Source: Phyllobates terribilis
Lineage: Eukaryota
Assembly: GCF_046119375.1 (NCBI RefSeq)
Contig: NW_027362764.1
Location: 501,952,001 to 502,016,000 of the forward strand
DNA length: 64,000 bases
Direction: 5' to 3'
The notes below the pieces were generated by a model that did no database searches, was not told the origin of the DNA, and saw nothing but the letters and a program-made list of their open reading frames with translations. Both the position numbers and the translations under genes were made by a program. This document shows positions 61,520-64,000 of the stretch, piece by piece (position 1 is the first letter of the stretch; each line of letters opens with the position of its first letter).

Positions 61520-62500
61520 ATGTCGGATACGGAGGAGAGCTTCACCGCTTCAACCCCCGCCAGCGCCACCGCTGTTGCGGTCATGCCTTTCACCATGCCC
61601 TATATCCCGGGGGCAGCCTGGCTACCCCAGTACTCAGGGGAGTCACATACCCTGCATGACTTTAGAGAAAAGCTGGATAGCCTCTTCCAGGTGTATCCCC
61701 TCACCGAGGAGCAAAAAGTGAGCATCCTGGTGGCCCAATTAACCGGGGCAGCCCAAAGGGAGGTAAAGTCCTGGCCACCTGGGAGGAGGACTGTCGCAGA
61801 GATACTAACCCGGCTGAGGGACACCTTTGATACCCGCACCTCAGCCGAGATCAAGCTTAGATTCTACGGGTGCAAACAGCAGGCACATGAGAGTATAAGG
61901 GACTATGCCCTGAACCTACAAGAGGCCCTGAGAGCCATTAAGCAGACCGACCCTGACGACGTGGGAGACGAGGACAGGCTGTTGACTGAACAATTTATAG
62001 AGGGTTTATATTGCAATGCCCACCGAACCCAGTTGCGGGCAATGGCCTTACAGGACCCTCATCTGGGATTTGCACAGTTCAAGGACAGAGCCATCCGGGT
62101 GCTCCGAGAACCGGCACCAGGTGGCGTTGTGACCCACAGACGCCCCACTACCACTTACCACCAGGAGGCGGCACCCTTGTCGGCAGGGCCTGTGGGAGCT
62201 GATGCGCAGGCTTTGAACAATGACCCGGCTCCAGACCTGCACCATCAGGTCCAAGAGCTAGCTAAAAGCGTTGCCGCGCTAACCCGAACTGTGAAGTCTT
62301 TACAGGTTTCCACTCCAGGGAAGATCCAGCTGGCATCCGGACCGGAGGACATCCCGTGGCGTCGACCAAGGAGGACCCCACCGGCCAGAGGAAGACCCAG
62401 CGACCGATACAACGAGGACGGACAACCCATCTGCCGCCGCTGCAATCAACCCGGACATATGGCAAGGTACTGTCCTTTAAACTGGCACAACCTGGGGTAG
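61520..62500 (+). CDS. gag: Gag with CCHC knuckle, intact
   Basis: 326 aa; CRRCNQPGHMARYC. Confidence 0.93.
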   Translation: MSDTEESFTASTPASATAVAVMPFTMPYIPGAAWLPQYSGESHTLHDFREKLDSLFQVYPLTEEQKVSILVAQLTGAAQREVKSWPPGRRTVAEILTRLRDTFDTRTSAEIKLRFYGCKQQAHESIRDYALNLQEALRAIKQTDPDDVGDEDRLLTEQFIEGLYCNAHRTQLRAMALQDPHLGFAQFKDRAIRVLREPAPGGVVTHRRPTTTYHQEAAPLSAGPVGADAQALNNDPAPDLHHQVQELAKSVAALTRTVKSLQVSTPGKIQLASGPEDIPWRRPRRTPPARGRPSDRYNEDGQPICRRCNQPGHMARYCPLNWHNLG

Positions 62501-62534
62501 AGGGCCAAACCCCAGGAAAAAGATCATCAGGCCC
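62476..62534 (+). promoter_or_regulatory. -1 ribosomal frameshift signal (slippery heptamer + predicted H-type pseudoknot)
   Basis: T TTA AAC in gag phase, 8-nt spacer, CCTGGGG/CCCCAGG stem, loop GGGCC complementary to GGCCC at 62530-62534; same elements at 34475-34533. Confidence 0.75.
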
Positions 62535-64000
62535 ATCGAACTGGCGCGACAAATATGTGGGAGGGCGTCCAGTCTTGCCCGTGGTACTGGATGGCATCCC
62601 CATGAGTGCCCTACTGGACACCGGGTCACAGGTTACCACTATCCCGTACGTGCTCTTCAAGCAGTACTGGAATGACTCGGATATCACCCGCTACCCTGAC
62701 GACGACTTGAGTATCATCGCCAGCAATGGTCAGCCCGTGCCACAGATTGGATTTAAAGAGGTGACCATTAAAATTGGTAGAGTCGAACTGGCAGCACAGG
62801 GACTGATCATTGTAGACATTGACAAACACGAGAGTCACCCAAAGATAACTCTAGGAACTAATGTAATTGAAAATTGTCTTGCAGAGGTGATTTTCCTTTT
62901 ACAACAGGTTGCCAAGAACGCCAGCTCCGGCCAGCAGCGAGTGCTCCAGAAAGAGATCCGGGCACTGATGCGACGGCAACAGATAGAACTCTCCGGTGGT
63001 GAGATTGGTAGCGTAAGAATGTGTGACCCTTTCCCTATTGCCATGCCCCCAAAAAGTGAAATGATGATTTGGTGCCGGGCAGCTATTGGTCTGAGAGGTA
63101 GAGATTACCAGGCAATGGTAGAACCAGTTTACTCAGACAGTAGGCCCACCATTTTGACAGCACGGGGGGTGGTCAATGTACGCCATGGGAGGGTGCCCGT
63201 TCGCATAATAAATATCGGGAAGAGGGAAGTGTACCTGCCCCGGTATGCCACGCTAGCCAAATTGTATACCATCAATCAAAATTCCATACAGTCCGTAGAA
63301 CCCTTGCCTCCATCTTCCCCGGAGGAAGGTAACGGCTCTAAGGAAACAATGGAGGACTGGTGTCAGCAACTACATTTGGGTACTGACTCCACTCCCTCAC
63401 ACCAGAAACAGGGAGTCTATCGGGTGGTTCAAGAGTACGAGAGAGTGTTTAGTAAACACCCGTTAGACTTCGGGCGAGTCAAGGGGGTAGAACACCACAT
63501 CCCCACGGGAGACCATCTTCCTATAAAAGAGAGGTATCGACCCGTACCCCCTGCACACTACCAACACGCCAAGGGGATGCTTAGGGACATGAAGGAGGCT
63601 GGGGTGATCAGGGATAGCTGTAGCCCCTGGGCAGCTCCACTAGTCTTAGTCAAAAAGAAAGACAACACCATGAGGATGTGTGTAGATTACCGGAAAATTA
63701 ACCGTATCACACACAAGGATGCGTACCCCTTACCAAGGATAGAGGAGTCTTTGGCTGCTTTAAGATCTGCTAACTTCTTCTCTACCTTGGATCTCACTAG
63801 CGGGTACTGGCAGGTTCCTGTAGCAGAGGCGGACCGGGAGAAGACCGCATTCACCACCCCGATGGGACTTAGCGAGTTTACCTGTATGCCGTTCGGACTC
63901 TGCAACGCACCGGGAACCTTCCAACGATTAATGGAGTGCTGTCTGGGCCACAGAAACTTCGAGACGGTCCTGTTGTACCTGGACGATGTGATCGTATATT
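62479..64000 (+). CDS. pol: Pol (PR, insert, RT), -1 frame to gag, incomplete at window end
   Basis: LLDTGSQVTT, SPWAAPLVLVKKKDNTMRMCVDYRK, PFGLCNAPGTFQR, YLDDVIVY at the end. Confidence 0.92.

Larger units (their letters stand above)
60081..64000 (+). mobile_element. tRNA-Ser-primed Gypsy element (same group as 28944-36901), runs off the window
   Basis: 5' LTR 60081-61078 (TGTGGCACCCC...GTGCGTCA); PBS 61084-61101; gag and pol follow. Confidence 0.96.

Overview
Almost entirely nested transposable-element DNA from a vertebrate (repeat families look anuran), with one assembly gap (4817-4972) and no confidently identifiable host gene. The most unusual feature is an LTR element at 237-4761 (minus). 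It has a tRNA-Ser PBS and a PPT but no gag/pol, and instead encodes a protein with a cold-shock domain (CSD). It shares its cis signals with two tRNA-Ser-primed Gypsy elements elsewhere in the window (28944-36901 and 60081-end). Other content: two copies of a chromodomain Gypsy (Tf1/sushi-like, with a self-priming signature) and an 8.4-kb hAT transposon with 8-bp TSD. The hAT carries an 18S rRNA fragment, a 110-bp tandem array, an L1 fragment and a solo LTR. Also present are several Tc1 elements, a probable Chapaev3 remnant, two Penelope remnants, a DIRS gag remnant, a CR1 fragment, MITEs and minisatellites. Family names come from motif recognition only; no database searches or alignments were run.
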